Below, in pieces: positions 53,301-64,000 of a stretch of DNA of 64,000 nucleotides. Under the pieces are notes generated by a model. That model was not told the DNA's origin. It ran no database searches and saw only the letters and a list, made by a program, of their open reading frames with translations. Made by a program: the position numbers and the translations under genes. Numbering within the stretch: the first letter of the stretch is position 1; the number at the start of each line of letters is the position of its first letter. The stretch spans positions 558,001 to 622,000 of the forward strand of contig NW_026262670.1 of the NCBI RefSeq assembly GCF_021869535.1, written 5' to 3'. Source of the DNA: Mytilus californianus. Lineage: Eukaryota.

Positions 53301-54191
53301 GTCCCATTTTGTTTTATGAGATTTTTTGGGGTTAAATGGCGTGGGCTTTAGAAAATTCTGACGTTTTAAGGCTCCGAATAAAGCCGTTCGGTTGCAACAA
53401 ATTTGTCATGATGTGTTAATTATTTTTTATACATTCAAATTAAATAGCTAAATATAAATTCCATCACGAGTCTTTCACGAAGCATTGATGTTAATTGAAA
53501 ATAGCAATAATCAAACTATTTTGAAGGACGGTTGGACATTTTGCCTGCCTAGTAAAATCATTTTTTTATATTTTGTCTATATGTAATTTCAAATATTCCA
53601 ATTTGTAATGCTTTTACAATTGTAAAGTTCACGACAGCGCGTGTTCTACGTCACAGATAGTGTTCCTCTTTTTACATGTGGTAATTTATCCGTTATTAAC
53701 ATATCATACACCATTAAACTTACATTATCATTTTCAAATATTAGCAATTGATTTTTTTATATATATACAATAAAGTCACACGCAATAAAAAGACAATTAC
53801 AGAAGTTTACGCTATAACATGTATTTTAGTGCTTTAAAATGTTTTATGTTTTCAATCTCCTTGAATTTTTAAACTTTTGTTTGTTGCAGATTTATTGCTG
53901 TTTTGTTCAAGGACAAGCGAACGCGCACTTAGAGTACTTCTGTTAAAAGGACTTTGGTTTATTTCTTTTCTTTTTATCTTCTCCTTTTATATATATTTAG
54001 AGTAGATTACATGATATAAACTCATTTCCTTAATAGAAAAAATATTCTTTAACAAACTTTTTAATGTTCGGAAACAATTCGTATAAATACAATTTGGAAT
54101 TGTAACAACACCAATTAAGACTTATCACCACATCTGTACTTACATGAGCAATACGTGAAAAGCAGGATCTTTTTAACTATTTTGATCTGAG

Positions 54192-54233
54192 CGTCACTTA
54201 TGAGTCTTATGTAGACGAAACGCGCGTCTGGCG
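54192..54233 (+). ncRNA. Near-intact minimal type-I hammerhead ribozyme (G5 changed to U) in a ~98-bp insertion (54171-54268)
   Basis: CGTCA CTTATGA GTCT-TATGT-AGAC GAAAC GCGC GTC TGGCG. Stems I and II are perfect. Confidence 0.8.
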
Positions 54234-57199
54234 TATTAAATTATAATCCTGGTACCTTGATAACTATTTCCCTTTCCGGAGCACCTGAGATCACCCCGGT
54301 TTCTGGTTGGATTGATGATAATTACACTAGTTTTTCTTTTTACTTTAATTTGTAGAACATTCTTTAATATCAGTCAACTGTTTTCTCAATAAGACCTTTC
54401 TGTGTAGAACTAACAATGTTTGGGAAATATTACATTTCATTTTTGATGACAATAACCAATTCATAGGCCTAGCTCTACCTTTTTTTGCTTGTTTTGCATC
54501 CGAAAACGTTTGTTTTTATTTCAGGTCAAGAGAATTAGAAGTAGCATTAATCGCCACTGGGCCTGCTCTAAATCAGGGACAACGTCAGAGTGTCCTTGTA
54601 TTTTAATGTCTTTGTCCTTGGTGACGACTCTTTGTAGAGTTCTTCTTTCATAAATAAAACGACCATCACCTGACCTTTTATGTAAATGTAGATTGTATGG
54701 TATGAATCATGTCTTATATTCATTTTATATGTTTTTGACACGACTGGTTCACTACGATATCAGTGGATAAACATAAAATAGTCTTGAAATTCTTTTAAAT
54801 GTATTTTATTTCACAGTTATGTCTTTGTAAGAACAGAAAAAGGTATATTATTGAAGTTTTATTTTCTCACAACAAGTGCTTTTGGCAATGGTTACAGGCA
54901 TCGTGGTTATAGTATTCATCCTTCGTGGTTATATTGTTCTTCTTTGATTCTACAGATGACTAACATGTTATCTTAATGTCAAAATAATATCAAGAACAAA
55001 TAAGCTAATACTAAATAACTGGTCGAGCTATACGAGTCACAGAGAGTTAAACTACGTATGACATTCCATCCAAATATTCTTAGGTAGTTTTTCTCTATTC
55101 GTTATATTCTTGCCCATTATTCTCTATTTTTTTCTCTTCTTTGTTTTTTGTTCTGTTTTTTATCTTTTCTTTATTTTTCTGGCCCATTTTCCCGAAGGAT
55201 TGACCAATTATTCTATATTCTGTAAACTCCACCCAGACCCTCAGCTATTGTTTTTTTGTTGGTAATGATGGTGCATATCCTTCGTCTTGTAAGTTTGTGG
55301 TTGTCCCATTTTGTATTTTTGGGGTGTTAGAGATTGGCGTGGTCAAATGTTTGACTTTGAAGGCTCAAAACAAAGACCTCCGGTTGCAACAAATTCGGTA
55401 TGATATAATAATTGTTTCTTTAAACATTAAAATTAAATAGCCTAATTTCATTTCCACCACGAGGCTATCACGAAACAATCACACATTCGTTTCATTAAAA
55501 ATAGCAATAATAAAATCTCTTTGAAGGACGGTTGTACATTTTGCTAGCCTAGTAAAATATTATTTGATAATTTGTCTGTATGAAATTTCAAATTCTTCAA
55601 TTTGTAATGCAATTTACAGTTGTAAAGTTCACGGCAGCACGTGTTCATACGTCACAGATAGTATTCCTCTTCATGCATGTGGTGATTTATCTTGTTATAA
55701 CATATCATACACCATTAAACATACAATATCATTTACAAATATTAGCAATTGATTCTTTATAAAATAAAGTAAAAAAGATATAAAAAAGGCAATTACAGAA
55801 GTTTACACTATAACATGGACTTCAGTGCTTTATTTTTTAAGATATTTTATGTTTTTAAATCTGCTTGAATTTTTCAACTTTTGTTTATTTTCTGATGTAT
55901 TACTGTTTTGTTCAAGGACAAGTGAAGGTGAATTAGAGTACATTCTGTAAGAATGATGCTTTAAAAGGATTTTGGTATAGTTTTATCAATATTATCCCTC
56001 CCGTTTATATATTATATTTAGAGTAGATTACATAAAAGAAACAGATTTACTTAGTATTAAAAATATTCTTTTAGATAAATATCTGACAGCTTGAATTGGG
56101 GAAAAAAATGATTAACTATTATGTTTTAGCATTAACTTCTGTTTTACATGCATACGCAAAAATTAATTTAAAAAATTAAAGTAAACACGTGTAAAAAATT
56201 CAAAAATTGCAAATATTCGAAATTGAAAAAAATATTATAACATTATACTATTAATAACAAAAACCTGAATATACTGAAATGGTGATCTAAAATCCTTACC
56301 TAAAATCACTATTAGTAAATGAATTAAGATTTCATACAAATCATTTGATATAAAATACTAATTAGATATGACCTCTTTTAGAAATACGTCGATTGGTGAT
56401 CCTGTAATAATAAAAATATCAAACTACGAATATGTATGAATAGACCTTTTCATTAGATGTATAGGACAGTAACCAGGATTTTTCCTTTTAAGTTAAATAT
56501 ATTAAAGAGGCAATTCCAAATCTTTTCGACGAAAGGCTGACAATACCATGGCTAAAGGACAAAACGAGAAAATCAGTCACCAAAACAATGCACAGAAAAC
56601 TAAATACCCCAAAAACATCATCGGTTAACCGAGTGTTCCGGAAGGGTTAACGGTTCAAGCTCATCTGGTGACACCGTCGGGTTACTCACGAAAATATCAA
56701 ACACCCCATAGTCACAGACCAATACTGTACAGTGATCTGGAGTAAGAAAAGAAGTCAATTGTTATTCGACTACGTTTTCATTAAGACAAGCAGACATGGC
56801 TGGTAGATATAAACATAATTGTAAGATGTTATCCATTAATAATCACAAAGACTGTTTTTCTTTACTTTAATTTGTAGAATGTTCTTATGTGCTTTTGAAT
56901 AGGCGAAAACCCTGTCTGGTGTAGCATACGTTTGTTACTAAGTGGTCGGAAAAGGTCAATAAATTGTTTCCTCAATGAGAACTTTCTTTATAACGATAAA
57001 CATTCTTCTTTGTACATTTTATACATCCCCTGAGATTGAACCATTTGGTCAGTACCTCTGCTGGAGGACTTTTAGTCCAATGGGGGTATCACCAGTAGCT
57101 TAGTAAGTTTGTTTTGGGATGTGAAAATATCTATATTGTTTTAGTTCGATTTGCTTTTATATGAATCTTTCAAAATCATTTCAAATACATGAATGAATC

Positions 57200-57325
57200 T
57201 GGATTCTTAAGGGTTCTGAAGAACTTCTGGACAATTATAAATCTCGGTCTATTTCTGAAATTAATTCTAACATAACTTTTGATTTTTTAACCCTGTATAC
57301 CAACATTCCCCATGTGAAATTATAA
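57200..57325 (+). pseudogene. Penelope-like element reverse transcriptase fragment
   Basis: WILKGSEELLDNYKSRSISEINSNITFDFLTLYTNIPHVKL* resembles the PLE RT motif FDF.TLYT.IPH..L as I recall it. Confidence 0.7.
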
Positions 57326-57429
57326 AATTGTTTTGAATAGACATTGAATGACAAACTTTTTTCTTATGTGACGTTTACATTTTCTGACGTCAGACACGCG
57401 AAGCAATGAATATGGGTCTTAATTTGATA

Positions 57430-57771
57430 GATGCTTTTGTGTTTTTTTTGTAAATAATTGTTTGTTTTGATATTGTAACACAGTGATGACTGCTGTACCC
57501 ATATTTTGACTATTTATAATGTCTGTTTTGTTCAAGCATCGTTGTAAATATAACGAAATTTGATAAGACTGTCGTACAAGTGAGAGGTTTAGCGCTATAA
57601 AACCAGGTTCAATCCACCATTTTCTACATTTGAAAATGCCTGTACCAAGTCAGGAATATGACAGTTGTTGTCCATTCGTTTGATGTGTTTTGTCATTTGA
57701 TTTTGCCATGTGATTAGGGACTTTCCGATTGAATTTTCCTCGGAGTTCAGTATTTTTGTGATTTTACTTTT
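57430..57771 (-). mobile_element. Dispersed element family 3, copy 2
   Basis: Reverse complement of 38729-39105. Confidence 0.8.
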
Positions 57772-58448
57772 TCCTGAATAAAAATTTTGTGTGTTTCTTA
57801 TAAATTAGCTCTCCACAGTCTATATTAGGTATTGGGTTTTCACAATATTTTGGCTACAAGCATTACTGAATAGACATTAATTGTCCAAATGCCCATTTGA
57901 TGCAGTACAATTGGTGCAGTTGATTTTATTAAAGAGATCGCGACAATCTCTGGAGCAGAAATCATATCCGTTCTGTTCCATACTACGTAACACTACACTC
58001 AATATATTACGTGAAGTATTGCGAACTTTGCCGGAGATTGAGATCGAAATTTAGATGCAAGACAGGAGGTCTAAGCGTTTTAAAAATAGCACTAATCGCT
58101 ACATATCAATGGGCCTAACAGCGTCAGGTAATCTGTTATTATGTTTTGATGTCTTTGTCCTTGGTGACGACTCTATGTAGAGTTTCTCTTTCATAAATGA
58201 AACAACTATCATCTGACCTTTTAGACCTTTTATGTAAATGTAGATTGTATGAATCGTGTTTTATTAATCATTTTATGTGTTTTTGACACGACTGGTTCAC
58301 TATAAGAGCATACAATAATCTTGGAATTCTTTTGGAACATTTTATTTCACAGTTATGTCTTTGTAAGAACAGAGCAAGGTATATTATTGAAATTTTATTT
58401 TCTCACAACAGGTGCTCTTGGCAATGGTTACGATCATCGTGGTTATAG

Positions 58449-58617
58449 TTCGTTTCTGTGTGTGTTACATTTTAATGTTGTGTTTCTGTTGTGTCGTAGT
58501 TTTTCCCTTATATTTTATGTGTTTCCCTCAGTTTTAGCTTGTAACCCGGATTTGTTTTTTTCTCAATCGATTTATGAATTTCGAACAGCGGTATACTAGT
58601 GTTGCCTTTATTTATAG
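58449..58617. mobile_element. 169-bp insertion absent from the paralogous site at ~54900
   Basis: The paralog reads CGTGGTTATAGTATTC. Here TTATAG flanks both sides (58443-58448, 58612-58617). Confidence 0.8.
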
Positions 58618-60788
58618 TATCCCTCCCTCATGTCTATATTGTTCTTCTTTGTTTCTACAGATGATTAATATGTAACATAGTGTCAAAATAGTATTTAGTA
58701 CAAATAAGCTAATACTAAATGATTGGTCGAGCTATATGAGTCACAGTGAGTAAACCTACGTATGACATTCCATCCAAATATTTTTAGTTTTTCTCTATTC
58801 ATTATATTTTTTGCCCATTATTCTCTATTCTATATGTTTTTGCACTCCATTATTAATTATTCCTTATTTTTTTTTGGTCCTATTTTCTCTATTTTTAAAA
58901 TGTGTTTAGGGTCATGATGATGTATGTCCTCCGCCATGACATTGTTGGTTGTCCCATTCAGTTTTATTTTTATTTTTTGAGGGAAGCTAGGGGTTGGCGT
59001 GGGCTTCCCAAACTGTTGACACTTTAAGGCTCCGAATGAAGCTCTTCGGTTGGAACAATTTCGGCATGATGTGATATATTTTTTGAAAACTTTAAGATTT
59101 TAAAGCTAAATTTAAATTCCAACACAAGACTATCACGAAGCAATAACACATTAATGTTCATTGAAAATACCAATAATGAAATCTCTTTGAAAAACGGTTG
59201 TACATTTTGCCAGCCAGGCAAAATTTTTTGTGATAATGTGTCTAAATGTAATTTCAAATAATCCAATTTGTAATGCTTTTGGAATTGTAAAGTTCACGAC
59301 AGCGCGTGTTCATACTTTGCAGGTGGTAGTCCTCTATTTACATGTGGTAATTTATCCTTTAATAACGTATCAAACACCATTAAACATACATTATCATTTT
59401 CAAATTTTAGCAACTAATTTTTTATACAATAAAGTAAAAATGAGTAAAAAGACAATTACAGAAGTTTACACTATAACATGTATTTCAGTGCTTTAAAATA
59501 TTTTATGTTTTCAATCTCCTTAACTTTTTCAACTTTTGTTTATTGCAGATTTATTACTGTTTTGTTCAAAGATAAGTGAAGGTGCACTTAGAGTACATTC
59601 TGTAAGATGTTTTTAAAAGGACTTTAGTATAGTTATATCAATATTTCTTTTCTTTTTTGATTCCTCCCTTTTATATATTGTATTTAGTGTAGATTACATA
59701 AAAGAAACTCATTTATTTAGTAGTAAAAATATTCTTTCAATTGAATATTTGACAGCTTGAATATTGAGTGAAAAAACAGAGTTCCGTGTACTGAGCCGAC
59801 GCCATCGTTACGTATGTCTTTTTTTACGTGCATTAACAGATAGATAATTGAATTCTAATGTCAGAAACAAACACATCAAATATTCAACAAATCTTCTGAA
59901 TATATACAAAACATTAAGGGAACATTTGAACTTTAGTCTTAGATGTTTAGTTTTCTAAATATAAATTTGAAGTAGAATAATTATGATGTTAACAAATGGT
60001 TTCAAACTGTATTCATGTTTGTTTATTATAGATGATTTGTTTTTAATTTGTTTTTGTGGTCCCCCCCCCCCCCCCCGCCCCCTCCTTGGTGGCTCGTTAG
60101 TATTGACAATTTGACGCAAACCATATAAAAATACCAACCTTACTTGTCTGGTTAACGAGAAATTGGTATTCAATTATATACGATACTCTTGCAGGAAAAT
60201 TGTAACAAAGTTATAAATGCAGTAATCACCCCCACCCCCACCCGAATTTCGGAAACAATTCGAATATACAATGGAGACCTCCATGTACTACAAAATTTAG
60301 TCCTAACTAGAATTGTAGAAACATGTATCCAATGATATGCATCATGCTTGTTATACAATTGTCGCTACCACAACTTCGTCCTCATTTCCTGTAATGCGAC
60401 AACACCGAATGAGACTTATCATCGAATTTGTACTTACATGAGAAAACACGACGGATGCAACATGTGGAGTAGGATCTCCTTACCCTATCTAATTACCTGA
60501 AAACACCCATGGTTTTAGTGGGGGTGTTTCTTAGTTTGTAGCTCTCTAAGTTGTGCTTTAAAGACTTTTGTCCAACTTTTGTCGTTTTTCGTCATGGTGT
60601 TGTCAGATTGTCTCTCCCTTATGAGTTTGAATATCCTGTTGGTATTTTCCTCCTCTATTCTTTAAACAGGTATTAGAAAAATGCAAACATTCCTGAACCC
60701 GATTTGTTTAAAGCATATATAATACCTGAAACAAAGGATGCTATTATCAGTTTATGTGTCTAAAGCGTATAATTCAGTTTTCTTTTCC

Positions 60789-60826
60789 TGAATGAATGAA
60801 TGAATGAATGAATGAATGAATGAATG
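60789..60826. repeat. (GAAT)n microsatellite
   Basis: About nine GAAT units. Confidence 0.95.
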
Positions 60827-61537
60827 AACTTTATTCTCACAAAACTACATATCATAGTTACAGAGAAAATAATTCAGTTTCCTTTTTCTCGTATAATACA
60901 AAATGACATAGTTTCATATATGACTATAATTTATACATACATTTTTCTTAAGCATGTAATGCGAAGGTATATTCCTGGTGTAGATATCAGGAATATCCAC
61001 CAGTCTAATTGGAGACAAAAATTTATTTGTAAAAAGTTTCTACTCGGTTAGATATATAATGCTGCATAATTTGAGCTTTCAAAAAAAATTTGTTAATGTA
61101 CAATAATATCTTCATTTATAACAATATTTCATATTAACAAATTTACAAACTTTCAATTCAAACTTCAGATAACATTAAGTTCCACATTTTGACCTGATTG
61201 GTAAAATCCTTATGATTTTTAAAGAGTTTTTGTATGTCTTAATGGATATTATAAGTTTATAAGTTTTAGATAACAGCATAAAAATTATCTGACATGACTA
61301 GATCAAAGTTCTAACATTAGTCATACTCACCAGTGTCCTTCAGTTCTGTTTTTACGTAATCAGTCATACCTGAATATACCATAATGGTGATCTAAAAAAC
61401 CCACCTAAAATCACTATTATAATTTTATACAAATCATATGATATAAAATCTTAACTAGATATGACCTCTAATAGAAATACGTCGATTGTTGATCCTGTAA
61501 TACTACAAATATTTTAAACTATATTGCGGAATATGTA

Positions 61538-62071
61538 TATTTATCACATATTTGTTAAGAATACGTTGGGTTTTGCATATGTAATAACCTCAAAATTGCC
61601 CGGGGCAAAAAAGAGGTTATTGGTTATTGTGCCCTGATTCCAAATGACGTGACGTCATTGCGTCCTTAACGGCAATGGCGAACAATAACGTTGCTCGTTT
61701 CATCGCAGTGGAGGAAAGCGATACGGCAGACTTTGTAGAGCAAATGTGCCCTGATTCCGAAATAAGTGGAAATGTGACAATAAATTTCTATAGTGTAAAT
61801 GATAAAAACTAAATTTAAAAATGTGATAAAACTTTTGTGATAAAATTTTTAAGATTTTACCTGTTATATTTCATTAAATTGTTATAATTGAACTTTTTTC
61901 TCTTTTCTGCAGAACTTAAATATGTGATAAATAGATTATAACATGTCTTTTCCATATTGGCCCTGGTATCATCCCTCGACCCATATCGGCCCTCGGCTAA
62001 AGCCTCGAGGCCGATATGGGAGTCTCGGGATGATACCAGGGCCAATATGGAAAAGGGCATGTTATAATCTA
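61538..62071 (+). mobile_element. Non-autonomous, internally deleted Crypton-like element with sub-TIR and 140-bp 3' hairpin
   Basis: Absent from the paralog at ~56430 and flanked by TA. ATTTATCACATA (61539) is inverted at 61921. Hairpin 61932-62071. Mini-ORF MANNNVARFIAVEESDTADFVEQMCPDSEISGNVTINFYSVNDKN*. Confidence 0.6.
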
Positions 62072-62169
62072 TACGAATAGACCTTTTTATTAGATATATA
62101 GAATAGTAACCAGGTTTTTTCCTTCTAAGTCAAAATATACTTAAGGGGCAATCCAAAATCTTTCAGGAG

Positions 62170-64000
62170 AAAGGCTAACAATACCATGGCCAAAAGACAG
62201 AACAAAGAAAGGCTAACAATACCATGGCCAAAAGACAGAACAAAGAAAGGCTGACAATACCATGGCCAAAAGACAGAACAAAGAAAGGCTAACAATACCA
62301 TGGCCAAAAGACAGAACAAAGAAAGGCTAACAATACCATGGCCAAAAGACAGAACAAAGAAAGGCTGACAATACCATGGACAAAAGACAAAACAAAGAAA
62401 GGCTGACAATACCATGGACAAAAGACAAAACAAAGAAAGGCTAACAATACCATGGCCAAAAGACAGAACAAAGAAAGGCTGACAATACCATGGCCAAAAG
62501 ACAAAACAAAGAAAGGCTAACAATACCATGGCCAAAAGACAGAACAAAGAAAGGCTGACAATACCATGGCCAAAAGACAAAACAAAGAAAGGCTAACAAT
62601 ACCATGGCCAAAAGACAGAACAAAGAAAGGCTGACAATACCATGGCCAAAAGACAAAACAAAGAAAGGCTAACAATACCATGGACAAAAGACAAAACAAA
62701 GAAAGGCTAACAATACCATGGCCAAAAGACAGAACAAAGAAAGGCTGACAATACCATGGCCAAAAGACAAAACAAAGAAAGGCTAACAATACCATGGCCA
62801 AAAGACAGAACAAAGAAAGGCTGACAATACCATGGCCAAAAGACAAAACAAAGAAAGGCTAACAAGACAGAACGAAGAAAGGCTAACAATACCATGGCCA
62901 AAAGACAGAACAAAGAAAGGCTAACAATACCATGGCCAAAAGACAAAACAAAGAAAGGCTGACAATACCATGGCCAAAAGACAGAACAAAGAAAGGCTAA
63001 CAATACCATGGACAAAAGACAGAACAAAGAAAGGCTGACAATACCATGGCCAAAAGACAGAACAAAGAAAGGCTGACAATACCATGGCCAAAAGACAGAA
63101 CAAAGAAAGGCTAACAATACCATGGACAAAAGACAGAACAAAGAAAGGCTGACAATACCATGGACAAAGGACAGAACAAAGAAAGGCTGACAATACCATG
63201 GCCAAAAGACAAAACAAAGAAAGGCTAACAATACCATGGCCAAAAGACAAAACAAAGAAAGGCTAACAATACCATGGCCAAAAGACAGAACAAAGAAAGG
63301 CTAACAATACCATGGCCAAAAGACAGAACAAAGAAAGGCTAACAATACCATGGACAAAAGACAGAACAAAGAAAGGCTGACAATACCATGGCCAAAAGAC
63401 AGAACAAAGAAAGGCTGACAATACCATGGCCAAAAGACAAAACAAAGAAAGGCTAACAATACCATGGCCAAAAGACAAAACAAAGAAAGGCTAACAATAC
63501 CATGGCCAAAAGACAAAACAAAGAAAGGCTAACAATACCATGGCCAAAAGACAAAACAAAGAAAGGCTGACAATACCATGGCCAAAAGACAGAACGAAGA
63601 AAGGCTAACAATACCATGGCCAAAAGACAGAACAAAGAAAGGCTAACAATACCATGGCCAAAAGACAGAACAAAGAAAGGCTGACAATACCATGGCCAAA
63701 AGACAAAACAAAGAAAGGCTGACAATACCATGGCCAAAAGACAGAACAAAGAAAGGCTAACAATACCATGGCCAAAAGACAAAACAAAGAAAGGCTAACA
63801 ATACCATGGACAAAGGACAGAACAAAGAAAGGCTAACAATACCATGGACAAAAGACAGAACAAAGAAAGGCTGACAATACCATGGACAAAAGACAGAACA
63901 AAGAAAGGCTAACAATACCATGGACAAAAGACAGAACAAAGAAAGGCTGACAATACCATGGACAAAGGACAGAACAAAGAAAGGCTGACAATACCATGGC
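62170..64000. repeat. 38-bp satellite, ~48 copies, runs off the window end
   Basis: Unit AAGGCT(A/G)ACAATACCATGG(C/A)CAAAAGACA(G/A)AACAAAGA. One truncated unit at ~62860. Source of all ORFs from 62125 to 63939. Confidence 0.97.

Larger units (their letters stand above)
50600..62170. repeat. Four-copy tandem segmental duplication (units start ~50600, ~53260, ~55230, ~58880)
   Basis: Colinear landmarks in each copy: GAAGGACGGTTGTACATTTTGC, AAAGTTCACG(A/G)CAGC, CAATTACAGAAGTTTAC, TGTTTTGTTCAA, AGTAGATTAC. Copies differ by indels and TE insertions. Confidence 0.9.

Noticed and set aside
54171-54268. TAACTATT as an 8-bp target-site duplication
   Set aside because: From memory, both occurrences are native to the ribozyme repeat, and the motif is not expected in the host repeat's empty site.
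62125-63939. Cluster of hydrophobic minus-strand ORFs
   Set aside because: They are rotating-frame translations of the 38-bp satellite.

Overview
AT-rich eukaryotic genomic DNA (about one-third GC by eye). The repeat families resemble those I recall from marine mussel (Mytilus) genomes; this is inference, not a database result. There are no prokaryotic genes, rRNA/tRNA genes or CRISPR arrays, and no complete gene can be assembled. Most ORF-track entries are chance or tandem-repeat ORFs. The window holds: (i) six dispersed copies of a minimal type-I hammerhead ribozyme motif (Penelope/retrozyme type), each with a core or stem lesion, plus a Penelope-like RT remnant; (ii) a decayed 5'-truncated LINE RT; (iii) tRNA-derived SINEs, several MITE families, a foldback-like element, and non-autonomous elements ending in long hairpins, one resembling an internally deleted Crypton (tyrosine-recombinase) element; (iv) seven minisatellites, four of them traceable to single-copy progenitor sequences in the window; (v) a four-copy, 2-3.7 kb tandem segmental duplication from ~50.6 kb to >62 kb, with copy-specific insertions and a 68-codon frame kept open in copies 1 and 4; (vi) scattered candidate exons on both strands, all low to moderate confidence.
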